Below the pieces are notes generated by a model that saw only the letters and a program-made list of their open reading frames with translations, made no database searches and was not told where the DNA came from. Position numbers and translations under genes: made by a program. Positions 21,909 through 32,158 of a stretch of 33,241 nucleotides of DNA are shown here, piece by piece. Origin of the DNA: an uncultured Dehalococcoidales bacterium (GTDB lineage Bacteria > Chloroflexota > Dehalococcoidia > GIF9 > AB-539-J10); contig CAZQML010000156.1 in NCBI GenBank assembly GCA_964594245.1, positions 1-33,241 of the forward strand, in the 5' to 3' direction. How positions within the stretch are numbered: the stretch's first letter is position 1; each line of letters starts with the position of its first letter.

Positions 21909-23275
21909 GCGCTCTTGAAGATACGTTCAACTGCGGCAATCGCTGACAGCGCCGACACCACGATTACGTGGTCCCCCGATTGGATCGGAGTCGAGTCGGG
22001 TGGAATAATCACGCTGTCGCCGCGAATCACGGCTCCCACGACCACATCCTTCGGCCAGTCTATTTCGCCCACTGTTTGCTTGCACAGACGCGCATTTGGG
22101 CCGACCACGAATTCAATCACCTGCGCATCATCCTTGCCCAACAGGGACACGGACACAGCTCCGGCATGAAGGATATAGCGGGCTATTCTACTGCCGCACA
22201 GCAACAGAGGAGACAGGGCGACGTCTACTCCAACGGCCTCTGCGAGTGGTATGTACTCCGGCTTGTCCACCAGGACGATGGTCTTGGAGACACCTACGTT
22301 CTTCGCCACAAGGCCGGCCAGGATATTGAGAGACTCATCCCCCGTGGTGGCGATGAACGCGTCCGACTGAGCGACGCCCTCGTCCGAGAGAAGTTCACGG
22401 TCAGGGCCACCACCCTGCACGACCACAGCACGCTTCAATTTCGTACTTATCTCCTGCGATCTTGCGAAGCTCTTCTCTATCAGTTTCACCTGGACACCGC
22501 GCTTCTCAAGTGCCTCGGCAACCTGGAAGCCGACCGTGCCCGCTCCGAAAATGACCACCCTCTTAGTGGGATGCCGGGGCACGTCGAAGATGGCGCCCAG
22601 TTGGTCCATGTCCTTCCTCGCCGCAAGCAGGTGCAGCCGGTCGCCATGAATCACCACCTCGTTCCCGGATGGTGCGAGCAAATCCTCAACCCGGCTGAGC
22701 ATGGCGACGACGCATGGCCTCGGGAAGGGAATCTGCTCGAGTGTCTTGCCCACAACAGCCGGACTCACCGCCTTGAACTCCCGCAACTGCACGCGGCCGT
22801 CTGCGAATTCCTCCATCGATGTCACATAGAGGCCCGACAGAATCGAGACAATCTCGCGAGCAGCCTCGCTCTCGGGATTGACAAACAGGTCGACGCCAAG
22901 GCTCTTCGGGCGCACAACTTTGCGCGGTCCATGCGGAGACTTGGCGCCGACAAGAAGATAGCTGGAGAACTCCGGATTCCGCACTCTCGCCACGGTCTTC
23001 TTTGCGCCAAGTTCCTTGGCCATGAAACAGGTAATCATGTTTGTCTCGTCAACCCCTGTGACGGCGACAACAAGATCCGCGCGCTGCACCTCGGCCTGCC
23101 AGAGCACCTTCGGTACAGCAGCATTTCCGACCACAACGGCCACGTCGAGTTGCCTCCGTGCCCGTTCGGCCGCCTCTTCATCCCGCTCGATCACTACGAT
23201 GTCCTGCTTCTCTCTCGAGAGGAGGCTGGCCAGATAGAAGCCCGCGGCACCTGCGCCCACAACTACGATATACAT
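21905..23275 (-). CDS. trkA: Trk system K+ uptake gating subunit (tandem RCK)
   Basis: 456 aa with two Rossmann motifs (GAGAAG, GAGTVG), each followed by a TrkA-C domain. Confidence 0.95.
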   Translation of the reverse strand: MYIVVVGAGAAGFYLASLLSREKQDIVVIERDEEAAERARRQLDVAVVVGNAAVPKVLWQAEVQRADLVVAVTGVDETNMITCFMAKELGAKKTVARVRNPEFSSYLLVGAKSPHGPRKVVRPKSLGVDLFVNPESEAAREIVSILSGLYVTSMEEFADGRVQLREFKAVSPAVVGKTLEQIPFPRPCVVAMLSRVEDLLAPSGNEVVIHGDRLHLLAARKDMDQLGAIFDVPRHPTKRVVIFGAGTVGFQVAEALEKRGVQVKLIEKSFARSQEISTKLKRAVVVQGGGPDRELLSDEGVAQSDAFIATTGDESLNILAGLVAKNVGVSKTIVLVDKPEYIPLAEAVGVDVALSPLLLCGSRIARYILHAGAVSVSLLGKDDAQVIEFVVGPNARLCKQTVGEIDWPKDVVVGAVIRGDSVIIPPDSTPIQSGDHVIVVSALSAIAAVERIFKSA

Positions 23276-23421
23276 TACATATCCCGAAAATCAGGCCCCT
23301 ACGCCATGCTGCGGAGAAACGGATACTGTGAGGATTCCGGCGGTAAGCCGAAGGCTGCCACGTCGTCAACCCCAGGGCCAATCCAGCCCGATGGCATCAC
23401 AGCTGTCAAGATGCCAGACAA

Positions 23422-24237
23422 TCAATCAGATTCAAACCGAGGAGCGATTGTAGAGATTTCGGTAGTGCTTGTCAACAGAGACTCTGATTTCAGCCTGGCA
23501 AGCCATGAGCGCGACTTGATGTCTCGCTGCACGACGCAATGCACGAAACGATAGATGTGCCCCTCAAGCTCGCCGGCCAGAGTCGTCCCCATCTTGACTC
23601 TGCGCGCCGTGCCAAGTCCACATCCGAGCCAGAATCTCAGTACTTTGACCGCATCGACGCTCAGCGCCTTCGCATCAGGACATGCCTTAGCACACTCAGG
23701 ACACAGAGCTCCTCCCATGGTTGCGCTGAGCCAGTTCTCGACGGGTCTCAGATTGGAGCCGCAGCCTACGCAGCGTTGAAGAGAGGGACAGAAACCAATG
23801 TGCTCCAGAAGCCGCAACTCGAAGAACCTCAGCACTGTGTCATCACAGCCGACCCGGTCAATCTCCGTCAACGTCTCAAGCAGAAACTCGAACAGCGGAT
23901 GGTTGGGAGCGCCTTCGACGGTCGAGGAGTCAGTCAATTCGCACGCATAGAGCGCACAAGCCATACGCCACAAATCGGCCTTCAGGTTGGCGAACGAGTC
24001 AAGGGGAGTCGCCTGCGTGATGATATCCAGCGCCCTGCGTCGAACGCATTGGAAGCGTCCGTATGTGAGCATCTCCACACTCGGCCCAAGGCTGCTTCCG
24101 GGACGCCTCGCCCCCTTGGCTACGGCGCTGAACTTCCCCTCGTCCCGAGAGAAGAGGGTGACGATCTTGTCTCTCTCGCCGATGACGCTGTGCCTGATGA
24201 CAATGCCTTCGGCCTTGTAGTCCCGTGAGCTGCCCAT
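23422..24237 (-). CDS. recO: DNA repair protein RecO
   Basis: GERDKIVTLFS..GKFSAVAKGARRP, FELRLLEHIGF, Zn motif CVGC...CPEC. Confidence 0.95.
   Translation of the reverse strand: MGSSRDYKAEGIVIRHSVIGERDKIVTLFSRDEGKFSAVAKGARRPGSSLGPSVEMLTYGRFQCVRRRALDIITQATPLDSFANLKADLWRMACALYACELTDSSTVEGAPNHPLFEFLLETLTEIDRVGCDDTVLRFFELRLLEHIGFCPSLQRCVGCGSNLRPVENWLSATMGGALCPECAKACPDAKALSVDAVKVLRFWLGCGLGTARRVKMGTTLAGELEGHIYRFVHCVVQRDIKSRSWLARLKSESLLTSTTEISTIAPRFESD
23447..23475 (-). promoter_or_regulatory. sigma70-type promoter for the trk operon, inside the recO 3' end
   Basis: Minus strand TTGACA (23475-23470), 17 nt spacer, TACAAT (23452-23447); 11 of 12 positions match consensus. Confidence 0.75.
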
Positions 24238-24246
24238 GTGTCGCAG

Positions 24247-24846
24247 CTAGCACTCCTGTCGAGTGTTGATTGCCTGCCCGAGAGTCATGTCATCCGCGTA
24301 TTCCAACTCGGCTCCATAGGGCAATCCGCGTGCAAGCTTCGTCACTTTGACGCCCAGGGGCTCGACAAGCTGCCGGATATACATGGCCGTTGCCTCGCCC
24401 TCGACGGTAGGATTCGTGGCAAGAATCACCTCTTTCACCTCACCACTGCGTAGTCGCGGCACAAGCTCACGGATCTTGAGGTCATCCGGACCGATACCCC
24501 GTGTCGGGCGCAGAGAGCCGTGCAGCACGTGATAGAGGCCTTCGAATTTCGCGGTCCGCTCCAGTGGAGGTATGTCCGAGGGTCTTTCGACGACGCAGAT
24601 AATCGTCCGGTCACGCTGAGAGTCAACGCAGATAGAGCACGGGTCCCTGTCAGCTATGTTGAAGCACCGGGAACAGAAGACCAGGCTGCCTTTCAGGCTG
24701 AGGAGAGATGTTGCCAGCTCCTCGATCTCCGCATCGGGGCTGAGCAACAGGTGATACGCAAGCCGCTGTGCGCTCTTCGGGCCCATGCCCGGGAGCTTGC
24801 CCAGCGCCTGTATGAGTCTTGCTATGGGTTCAGCGGTGCTTGCCAC
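24247..24846 (-). CDS. recR: Recombination mediator RecR
   Basis: LPGMGPKSAQRLA, C4 motif CSRC...CSIC, YHVLHG, ILATNPTVEGEATAMY, ELEYAD. Confidence 0.97.
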   Translation of the reverse strand: MASTAEPIARLIQALGKLPGMGPKSAQRLAYHLLLSPDAEIEELATSLLSLKGSLVFCSRCFNIADRDPCSICVDSQRDRTIICVVERPSDIPPLERTAKFEGLYHVLHGSLRPTRGIGPDDLKIRELVPRLRSGEVKEVILATNPTVEGEATAMYIRQLVEPLGVKVTKLARGLPYGAELEYADDMTLGQAINTRQEC

Positions 24847-24887
24847 TGCAGTGCCTGCTGTCCTCCTGCGCTATTCCGCCTCCGGCG

Positions 24888-26612
24888 TCAGCGTTTCACC
24901 CGGGCTCCCATCCGGATTGCCGCCTCAACAAGCCCCCCACCCTGGCTGCTGCCGCGATTGCCCTTGTCCTCATCCTGAGGTTGAAGGACACACTTGACTT
25001 TGTACGGATGCCCGAAGAACGCTTCGAGCCTCTCTTCAATAAGGTGGCGGTACTTCCCATCCTCCACCTTGTCCATATGGAACTTGTGAGAGAAGCGAAG
25101 CACCAGCACATCATTCTCGACCTCGACTGGCTCACACGCGCTCCTGAGAAAGGCATCCAGATTTCCCGTCGAGCCAAGTCCCCGCAGGGAGTCCACGTAG
25201 TCCTTCCAGCGGGCACGTATCTGCCCCAGTTCCCCTTCTGCAGGCGGTTCCTGCCGGTCGGGCGCCGGCGCAGCAGCCTGCCCTGGGGCTTCCGCAGCAG
25301 GCAGTCTACTCTCAGAAATGCCTGGTTCAGGTGAAGGGAGAACAGCCGGCTGGCCGGCCGCCGGCGCAGACGCCGGTTCAGCACCACTCTTGACTGCTGG
25401 GACGCCCGCCGGGCCGGCAGGTCCAGAAGCCGGCCTTACTGTGCGTCGCCTGGCTGCAGGCGCGGAGCCTCCGTCAACAGATTTCAGTTCTCGATGGCCC
25501 TTCTCGGGGCTGCCGGACACGACCGGGGGGCTCTCCGAGGGCCGCGCTACACAGTCGACAAAGGCCAGCTCGAGGGCAAGCAACTGCCGGGACGCATCCC
25601 TCGTGGTCGCCTCCGAGAAGAGACGGGTCGCCAGGACCAGGGAGTCGATATCCGCGCCCTCAGCAATCTCCCTCAACTCCTCCCGGCCTTCCCGTCCCAC
25701 ATCCACGATGTCCTCACACCCCGACTTCACAAGCATCAGGTTGCGAAGAGTTGCGACAGCCTGGCGCCCGAACTGTCGCATGTCGACTCCGGAGTCGCTC
25801 GCCTCATGCAGGACACGCAGTCCTGCTGCAAGGTCACGGGCTACCATCTGCCCGGCCAGTCTCAACACGTACGATTCGTCCGCCACCCCGAGCACAGCCT
25901 TCAATTCATCGGGGGTGAGCTGCCGGCCGTGGCTCGCCAGTACCCGCTGGACGATGTTCTCGGCATCACGAAGGCTGCCCTCACCGGCCCTTGCTATTGT
26001 CTCAAGGGCCTCATCTCCAACCTCAATTTGCTCTCTCTCACACACGAGCCTCAACTTCGCCACCATCGCGTCGAGCGACAACCGCCGGAAGTTGAAGCAC
26101 TGGCAGCGAGACACGATAGTCGGAATCACCTTGTGGAACTCGGTGGTTGCCAGCACGAACATGACATGCTGCGGAGGTTCCTCCAGCGTCTTCAGCAAGG
26201 CATTCGAGGCAGCATCAGTCAACATGTGCACCTCGTCGATGACATACACCTTGCGCCACAAGCTGCCCGGCGCGTAGTTGACCCGCTCCCTAAGTTGGCG
26301 GATGTCATCGATGCCCCGGTTGCTCGCGGCATCAATCTCGATAACGTCAAGGCTGCGGCCCTCAGAGATGGAGGTGCACGCTTCGCAGGCGTTGCACGGT
26401 TCGCCGTCGACCGGATTCAGGCAGTTGACTGCCTTGGCCAGTATGCGGCCCGTGCTCGTCTTGCCCGTACCGCGCGGACCGCTGAACAGATACGCGTGTC
26501 CGACTCTGCCGGCACGAACCGCATTCTTGAGCGTAGTGGTGACTACTTCCTGCCCCACAACCTCCGCCAGCGTCTGCGGCCGCCACTTGCGATAGAGGAC
26601 TTCCGATGACAT
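24888..26612 (-). CDS. dnaX: DNA polymerase III subunit gamma/tau
   Basis: LYRKWRPQ, GPRGTGKT, Zn module CLN...CNACEAC, EIDAASNRG, IDEVHML, SRC. Start reassigned to ATG 26612 (MSSEVLYRK). Confidence 0.97.
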   Translation of the reverse strand: MSSEVLYRKWRPQTLAEVVGQEVVTTTLKNAVRAGRVGHAYLFSGPRGTGKTSTGRILAKAVNCLNPVDGEPCNACEACTSISEGRSLDVIEIDAASNRGIDDIRQLRERVNYAPGSLWRKVYVIDEVHMLTDAASNALLKTLEEPPQHVMFVLATTEFHKVIPTIVSRCQCFNFRRLSLDAMVAKLRLVCEREQIEVGDEALETIARAGEGSLRDAENIVQRVLASHGRQLTPDELKAVLGVADESYVLRLAGQMVARDLAAGLRVLHEASDSGVDMRQFGRQAVATLRNLMLVKSGCEDIVDVGREGREELREIAEGADIDSLVLATRLFSEATTRDASRQLLALELAFVDCVARPSESPPVVSGSPEKGHRELKSVDGGSAPAARRRTVRPASGPAGPAGVPAVKSGAEPASAPAAGQPAVLPSPEPGISESRLPAAEAPGQAAAPAPDRQEPPAEGELGQIRARWKDYVDSLRGLGSTGNLDAFLRSACEPVEVENDVLVLRFSHKFHMDKVEDGKYRHLIEERLEAFFGHPYKVKCVLQPQDEDKGNRGSSQGGGLVEAAIRMGARVKR

Positions 26613-26627
26613 CGCGTTGATGGGACT

Positions 26628-26656
26628 ATTATAGAGACAACGGACTGCAAACCCAA
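26628..26656 (-). promoter_or_regulatory. sigma70-type promoter candidate for dnaX-recR-recO
   Basis: Minus strand TTGGGT, 17 nt spacer, TATAAT, 15 nt before the dnaX ATG. Confidence 0.6.
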
Positions 26657-26679
26657 CGTCTGAACGTGGAACGCCGGCT

Positions 26680-27486
26680 TTATGCGCTGGATTCGATAAG
26701 CGAAATGCTGGCGTCGAAATCCCGGGAGAGCGCTTCCATGAGCCGCTCGATTGCCGGCTGCAGCTCCGGCGGTGCAGAGACGATGACGTATTGCAGCAAC
26801 TGCAGCGCTCCTGCACGGTCCATGCTCAGGACCTCCTCGAGGCTGAGGTCCGAACCAGCAGCACTACGCGCGGCCAGCACCTCGGAAATCTCACTATCGA
26901 TATCAAGGGATTCGAACAACGCGCCCGTGCACATCTGTGCAACCAACTGCGTGACCTCACCGGCCAGCAAGATCACAGTGTCGGAATCACCCCGGCCGGC
27001 CATTGTCGTCATCTCGTCGAGCCTGCTCTCGGCGAACTCGAGTTGCAGCTGCGCTCTGTCCAGGTCCGAGAGCGCGAGCGTCAGTCGCGCCTGCTCTGTT
27101 GCCGTCTTCATGGGATAGAAGAAGCCGTTCGGCAGGGAATCCACAGACGCAGCCAGGAGCCCCATCCCGGCGAGGCAGACCACCAGCGCCGTCGCCATCG
27201 CGGTCACCCATCGCCTCTGCCACCACATGAACAGGAAGCCGGGGCGCGACTCTTTGTGCGCAAGTCTCGAGAAGAAAAGGCTCCTGATCCGGGTCCTTGC
27301 AGCCTGCCTGAACTCAGGCGAGGGCTCGACAGCTCCGAGCTGCTGAACGACGAGGGTGCTTGTCTCCAGAAGCGGGCCCAGTACCTCAGAGAGGTCCAGG
27401 TCCTGGACGACGCACGCGGTTGTCTCCTCGCCGGATATCAGCCGGTCGACATATTGGTCGAACAGTTCATGCAGCTCATGAGTCAT
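26680..27486 (-). CDS. Putative membrane anti-sigma factor with DUF5667 domain
   Basis: Cytoplasmic N-terminus (PSPEFR), one TM segment (WVTAMATALVVCLAGMGLLAAS), then SLPNGFFYPMKTATE...FAESRLDE, which resembles DUF5667. ATGA overlap with the ECF sigma. Confidence 0.75.
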   Translation of the reverse strand: MTHELHELFDQYVDRLISGEETTACVVQDLDLSEVLGPLLETSTLVVQQLGAVEPSPEFRQAARTRIRSLFFSRLAHKESRPGFLFMWWQRRWVTAMATALVVCLAGMGLLAASVDSLPNGFFYPMKTATEQARLTLALSDLDRAQLQLEFAESRLDEMTTMAGRGDSDTVILLAGEVTQLVAQMCTGALFESLDIDSEISEVLAARSAAGSDLSLEEVLSMDRAGALQLLQYVIVSAPPELQPAIERLMEALSRDFDASISLIESSA

Positions 27487-28022
27487 GACGATTGCTCCAT
27501 CAGTTTTCGCAGAGACGCTATGCCGTTGTACTGCAGCGCCTTGACCGTGCCCGTGCTCTTACCGAGCGCGCTCGCCACCTCAGTAGTCGAGAGTCCGGCC
27601 CCGAAGCGCAGCCAGATGACCTCCCGCTGAGCAGGAGACAGCCTCCCGATATTGTGTCTCACTTTCTCCAACTGCAGGTTATGCTCCGCTATTTCCGCCG
27701 GGTCCGGATCATCCAGCGACAGAACAGTCTCGTCAGAATCTACCCTTTCAATCCGCTTCTCCCTGCGGATGTAGTCAATCATCTTGTTGTGAGCAATCCG
27801 GAAAAGCCATGAGGCGAATGGCGCGTTCCTCCACTGGAAGGAGCCAATCGCTTCGAGTACCTTCGCAAAGACCTCCTGCGTAAGGTCCTCAGCCTCAGCC
27901 TGATTGCCCAGCCTGACATACAGGTAACGATAGACGCGGTCAAAATTGCTCTCGTAGAGCTCCGCGAACGCATCAGCATCGCCCTGGACTGCCCGGGTTA
28001 CAAGGTCCTGTTCAAGAGACAT
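27483..28022 (-). CDS. ECF-family RNA polymerase sigma factor
   Basis: GDADAFAELY, AEDLTQEVF, FASWLFRIAHN, LSPAQREVIWLRF..GLSTTEVA..LGKSTGTVK. Only regions 2 and 4 are present. Confidence 0.95.
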   Translation of the reverse strand: MSLEQDLVTRAVQGDADAFAELYESNFDRVYRYLYVRLGNQAEAEDLTQEVFAKVLEAIGSFQWRNAPFASWLFRIAHNKMIDYIRREKRIERVDSDETVLSLDDPDPAEIAEHNLQLEKVRHNIGRLSPAQREVIWLRFGAGLSTTEVASALGKSTGTVKALQYNGIASLRKLMEQSS

Positions 28023-28277
28023 CTTATGGATGTCTATTATATGGCAAACGAGACAGCATCACGGCAGGTTTAGGGATGTTCATGCAACTTGCCCCGCCTG
28101 ACCTACATTGTCACCCTGCGCCACACGATTCACCCGGGAGAGCGCATCGCTCGTGCATCAAGATGATTCAATGCTGCCCCGACTCCAGGGAAGTGGCGTT
28201 GTCCGAGCCTGAACCGGCGGGGCGCCACCGTGCGGCGGACACCTGTTGGCTTGAGGGGCGGACAAGGTAGCAGGAGC

Positions 28278-28321
28278 GCGAGGGGCAACCCTCGCTGCAG
28301 CCCGACCACCAGCCCTGGTGG
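28278..28321 (-). terminator. Tandem hairpins immediately after the gap stop (terminator or stabiliser candidate)
   Basis: On the plus strand, GCGAGGG-GCAA-CCCTCGC (28278-28295) and CCACCA-GCCC-TGGTGG (28306-28321). No U-tract. Confidence 0.35.
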
Positions 28322-28323
28322 CC

Positions 28324-29337
28324 TCAGACGCCCTTGTCAGCCACGTAGAGAGCGAGATCGGCGAGCCTGCAGCTATAGCCCCACTCGTTGTCGTACCACG
28401 CCAGGACTTTCACCATGGTGTTGTCAAGGACCAGGGTGCTCAGGCTATCGAAGGTCGAACTCGCAGGGCAGGCCCGGAAATCACTGCTCACCAGCGGTTC
28501 ATCGCAATAGTCGAGCAATCCCTTCAAGCTACCCTCAGCCGCCTCACGAAAGGCCCCGTTGACATCCTCGACGGTCACACTCTGCCTCACATCCGCCACG
28601 AAGTCCACGAGCGAGACCGTAGGAGTCGGTACGCGCACGGCAAGTCCGTGCAGCTTGCCTGCCAGCTCGGGTATGACAACGCCGACCACGCGCGCGGCGC
28701 CGGTCGTCGTGGGAATCATGTTGACCGCAGCTGCCCGCGCACGCCGCAGGTCTTTGTGGAAGACGTCCAGGATTCTCTGGTCATTCGTGTAGGAATGTAT
28801 CGTCGTCATCAGTCCTCTACTGACGCCGAAGCGTTCGTGCAGCACCTTGACCACGGGAGCAACACAGTTCGTCGTGCATGATGCATTCGAGATGATGTGA
28901 TGCCTGGATGGGTCGTACTGCGTCTCATTCACGCCGAGCACGATAGTCACATCTTCGTTCTTCGCAGGCGCCGAAATGATGACCTTCCTGGCGCCGCCGG
29001 TGATGTGCGCGGCAGCCTTCCCTCCATCCGTGAAGAGCCCGGTCGACTCCAGTACGATGTCAACCCCCATGTCTCTCCAGGGAATCCGGGAGGGGTCGCG
29101 TTCAGCGAGGACGCGAATCTCGTTGCCATCAACAATGATGGCGTTAGCTCGCGCCTCGACGGTGCCCTGGTACCTTCCGTAGTTACTGTCGTACTTCAGG
29201 AGGTGCGCGTTGGTCGCTGCGTCGGTAAGGTCGTTGACCGCCACCACTTCGAGCTTCCCCTGGGCTCTCTCAATCATAGCCTTGAGCGCCAGACGACCGA
29301 TCCGTCCAAATCCATTGATTCCGATTCTGACTGCCAT
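28324..29337 (-). CDS. gap: Glyceraldehyde-3-phosphate dehydrogenase, type I
   Basis: [27 protein letters not shown]. Start reassigned to ATG 29337 with SD GGAGGT. Confidence 0.98.
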   Translation of the reverse strand: MAVRIGINGFGRIGRLALKAMIERAQGKLEVVAVNDLTDAATNAHLLKYDSNYGRYQGTVEARANAIIVDGNEIRVLAERDPSRIPWRDMGVDIVLESTGLFTDGGKAAAHITGGARKVIISAPAKNEDVTIVLGVNETQYDPSRHHIISNASCTTNCVAPVVKVLHERFGVSRGLMTTIHSYTNDQRILDVFHKDLRRARAAAVNMIPTTTGAARVVGVVIPELAGKLHGLAVRVPTPTVSLVDFVADVRQSVTVEDVNGAFREAAEGSLKGLLDYCDEPLVSSDFRACPASSTFDSLSTLVLDNTMVKVLAWYDNEWGYSCRLADLALYVADKGV

Positions 29338-29356
29338 GGTTGTACCTCCAGACAAG

Positions 29357-30349
29357 CTACTTCGATAGGTACGTTGTCGTACCGTTTCGTTCAAGGGCTG
29401 CGACTCTCCCCTCGCCCACCAGACATCTGAGCCAGGCAATGACCTCACATACGGCAGCCCGTCGCTCACGGAACTCGAGGGCTTCGTAGGACGCCTCTCC
29501 CGCACCGGACCTCCACCCTATCTCGCGCGCGATGTCGTATGCGGTCTTCAAGCCATCGTCCAGCACGTCCGCTATCTGGCGCCGCCTCGCTTCGTTCCGG
29601 CGGAGAATCTCCTCTGAGCGTATCGTCAGGCTGTTGAAGACAGGGCCATGACCCGGGAATACGAAGCTTACAGGCTTCTCGACGAGATATTCCAGCGACC
29701 GCGCATAGTCTCCGGCCGGGTCAGCGCCTGACTGCGGATGCGCCCCGATGCGGGGCAGGGCATCGAAGATAACGTGGTCGCCGCAGAACAGCCGCCGTTT
29801 GCGGGGGTCGTACAGACAGATGTGCCCGGGAGAGTGCCCCGGCGTGTGAAGCACTTCCAACTGGAATGTCCCATTAGAGATGGTGTCCCCGTCATCGACA
29901 AGAACATCGGGGTGTGTCGGCGTGACGAATTGTGCAGCCCACGCTGACGCTTCGCGCATCCGGGCCGCCTCTTCGGAGGGCACCCCGTGTAACACGAGCA
30001 TTTCCTCGAGTTCTCTCGCCAGTTGGCGGTAGTCCACATATCTTGAGTCAATCAGGGAAGCCTCGAGTCGATGCATCACGATCTCGGCCCCACAGAGCTC
30101 TCTGAGCTTCGCGGCGAGGCCGAAGTGGTCCGGGTGGATGTGAGTCACCACAATCCAGTTGATGTCGTCGAACGAGAGGCGCTCAAGCCGCAACTCCTCT
30201 CTGAACGCCCAGACCGCTTCCGAGCTGTCCCAGCCGCAATCTACAAGGATGTTGCCCTTGCTGCCTTCAATGACATACGCATTGGTGAACCGCTCCATGC
30301 CATCAGGGAACGGAATCCTCAGCTGGTGCACACCTGCGACGATTTCCAC
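29357..30349 (-). CDS. Metallo-beta-lactamase-fold hydrolase with C-terminal winged-helix-like extension
   Basis: [29 protein letters not shown]; C-terminal TAYDIA...[16 protein letters not shown] start. Confidence 0.9.
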   Translation of the reverse strand: MEIVAGVHQLRIPFPDGMERFTNAYVIEGSKGNILVDCGWDSSEAVWAFREELRLERLSFDDINWIVVTHIHPDHFGLAAKLRELCGAEIVMHRLEASLIDSRYVDYRQLARELEEMLVLHGVPSEEAARMREASAWAAQFVTPTHPDVLVDDGDTISNGTFQLEVLHTPGHSPGHICLYDPRKRRLFCGDHVIFDALPRIGAHPQSGADPAGDYARSLEYLVEKPVSFVFPGHGPVFNSLTIRSEEILRRNEARRRQIADVLDDGLKTAYDIAREIGWRSGAGEASYEALEFRERRAAVCEVIAWLRCLVGEGRVAALERNGTTTYLSK

Positions 30350-30355
30350 GACAGA

Positions 30356-31663
<1,308 letters not shown>

Positions 31664-32143
31664 TCACTCCTTTGCGTCCGCAAGGCTCAAGGCCAGCTCT
31701 ACGGCCTCTTGCGCAGTGGCCACCTCAACAACAGGATTGGGGCCGGCGCCCTTCTCTGCGAGACGCCACGAGCCGATGCCGACAACCGGGATGTTGGAGC
31801 CAAGGGCAAAGGCCATCTCGGCCAGCGTACCGTACGCCCCTCCGATGGCAATTACGGCCTGAGAGGACCGCACGACCGCCATGTTCCGGGCCTGGCCGAC
31901 CCCGGTCGCTATGGGCAATGACACCCACTCGTTGGCAGACCGTCTGTCATTTCCCGGCAGTATGCCTACCGTGAAACCACCGAGGGAACGCGCCCCACGA
32001 CACACGGCTTCCATCACTCCTCCAAGTCCTCCACACACGACTACCGCTCCACGCCCGGCAAGCAGAGAGCCCACCTCCTCCGCGAGCGCCTGCTCTTGAG
32101 GTGAACAGACAGACCCTCCTATCACAGCAATGACAGGCGGCAT
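31664..32143 (-). CDS. TIGR00725 family (LOG/SLOG-like nucleotide-binding) protein
   Basis: IAVIGG, CGGLGGVMEA, VGILPG, ATGVGQARN, IGGAYGTLAEM. Confidence 0.9.
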   Translation of the reverse strand: MPPVIAVIGGSVCSPQEQALAEEVGSLLAGRGAVVVCGGLGGVMEAVCRGARSLGGFTVGILPGNDRRSANEWVSLPIATGVGQARNMAVVRSSQAVIAIGGAYGTLAEMAFALGSNIPVVGIGSWRLAEKGAGPNPVVEVATAQEAVELALSLADAKE

Positions 32144-32158
32144 GGCGCCTATACTACA

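Noticed and set aside
23276-23421. Canonical c-di-AMP (ydaO) riboswitch
   Set aside because: I could not find its conserved elements (GCTGAATC...GGRGGAACC, CCGxCAGCTAAC). The region is kept only as an unassigned leader candidate.
21968-23554. 528-aa ORF antisense to trkA, and similar long antisense ORFs (5772-6782, 6721-8031, 8314-9330, 25318-26277, 25494-26609)
   Set aside because: These are shadow frames of GC-rich genes. They have His/Arg-skewed or low-complexity composition, no motifs, and lie almost entirely opposite confident genes.
28268-28302. SRP RNA (ffs), suggested by CAGG...GNRA...GCAGC and proximity to dnaX
   Set aside because: SRP helix 8 has a short stem between CAGG and AGCAG. 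Here the stem is 7 bp with extra bases, the AGCAG is TGCAG, and I see no enclosing long helix.
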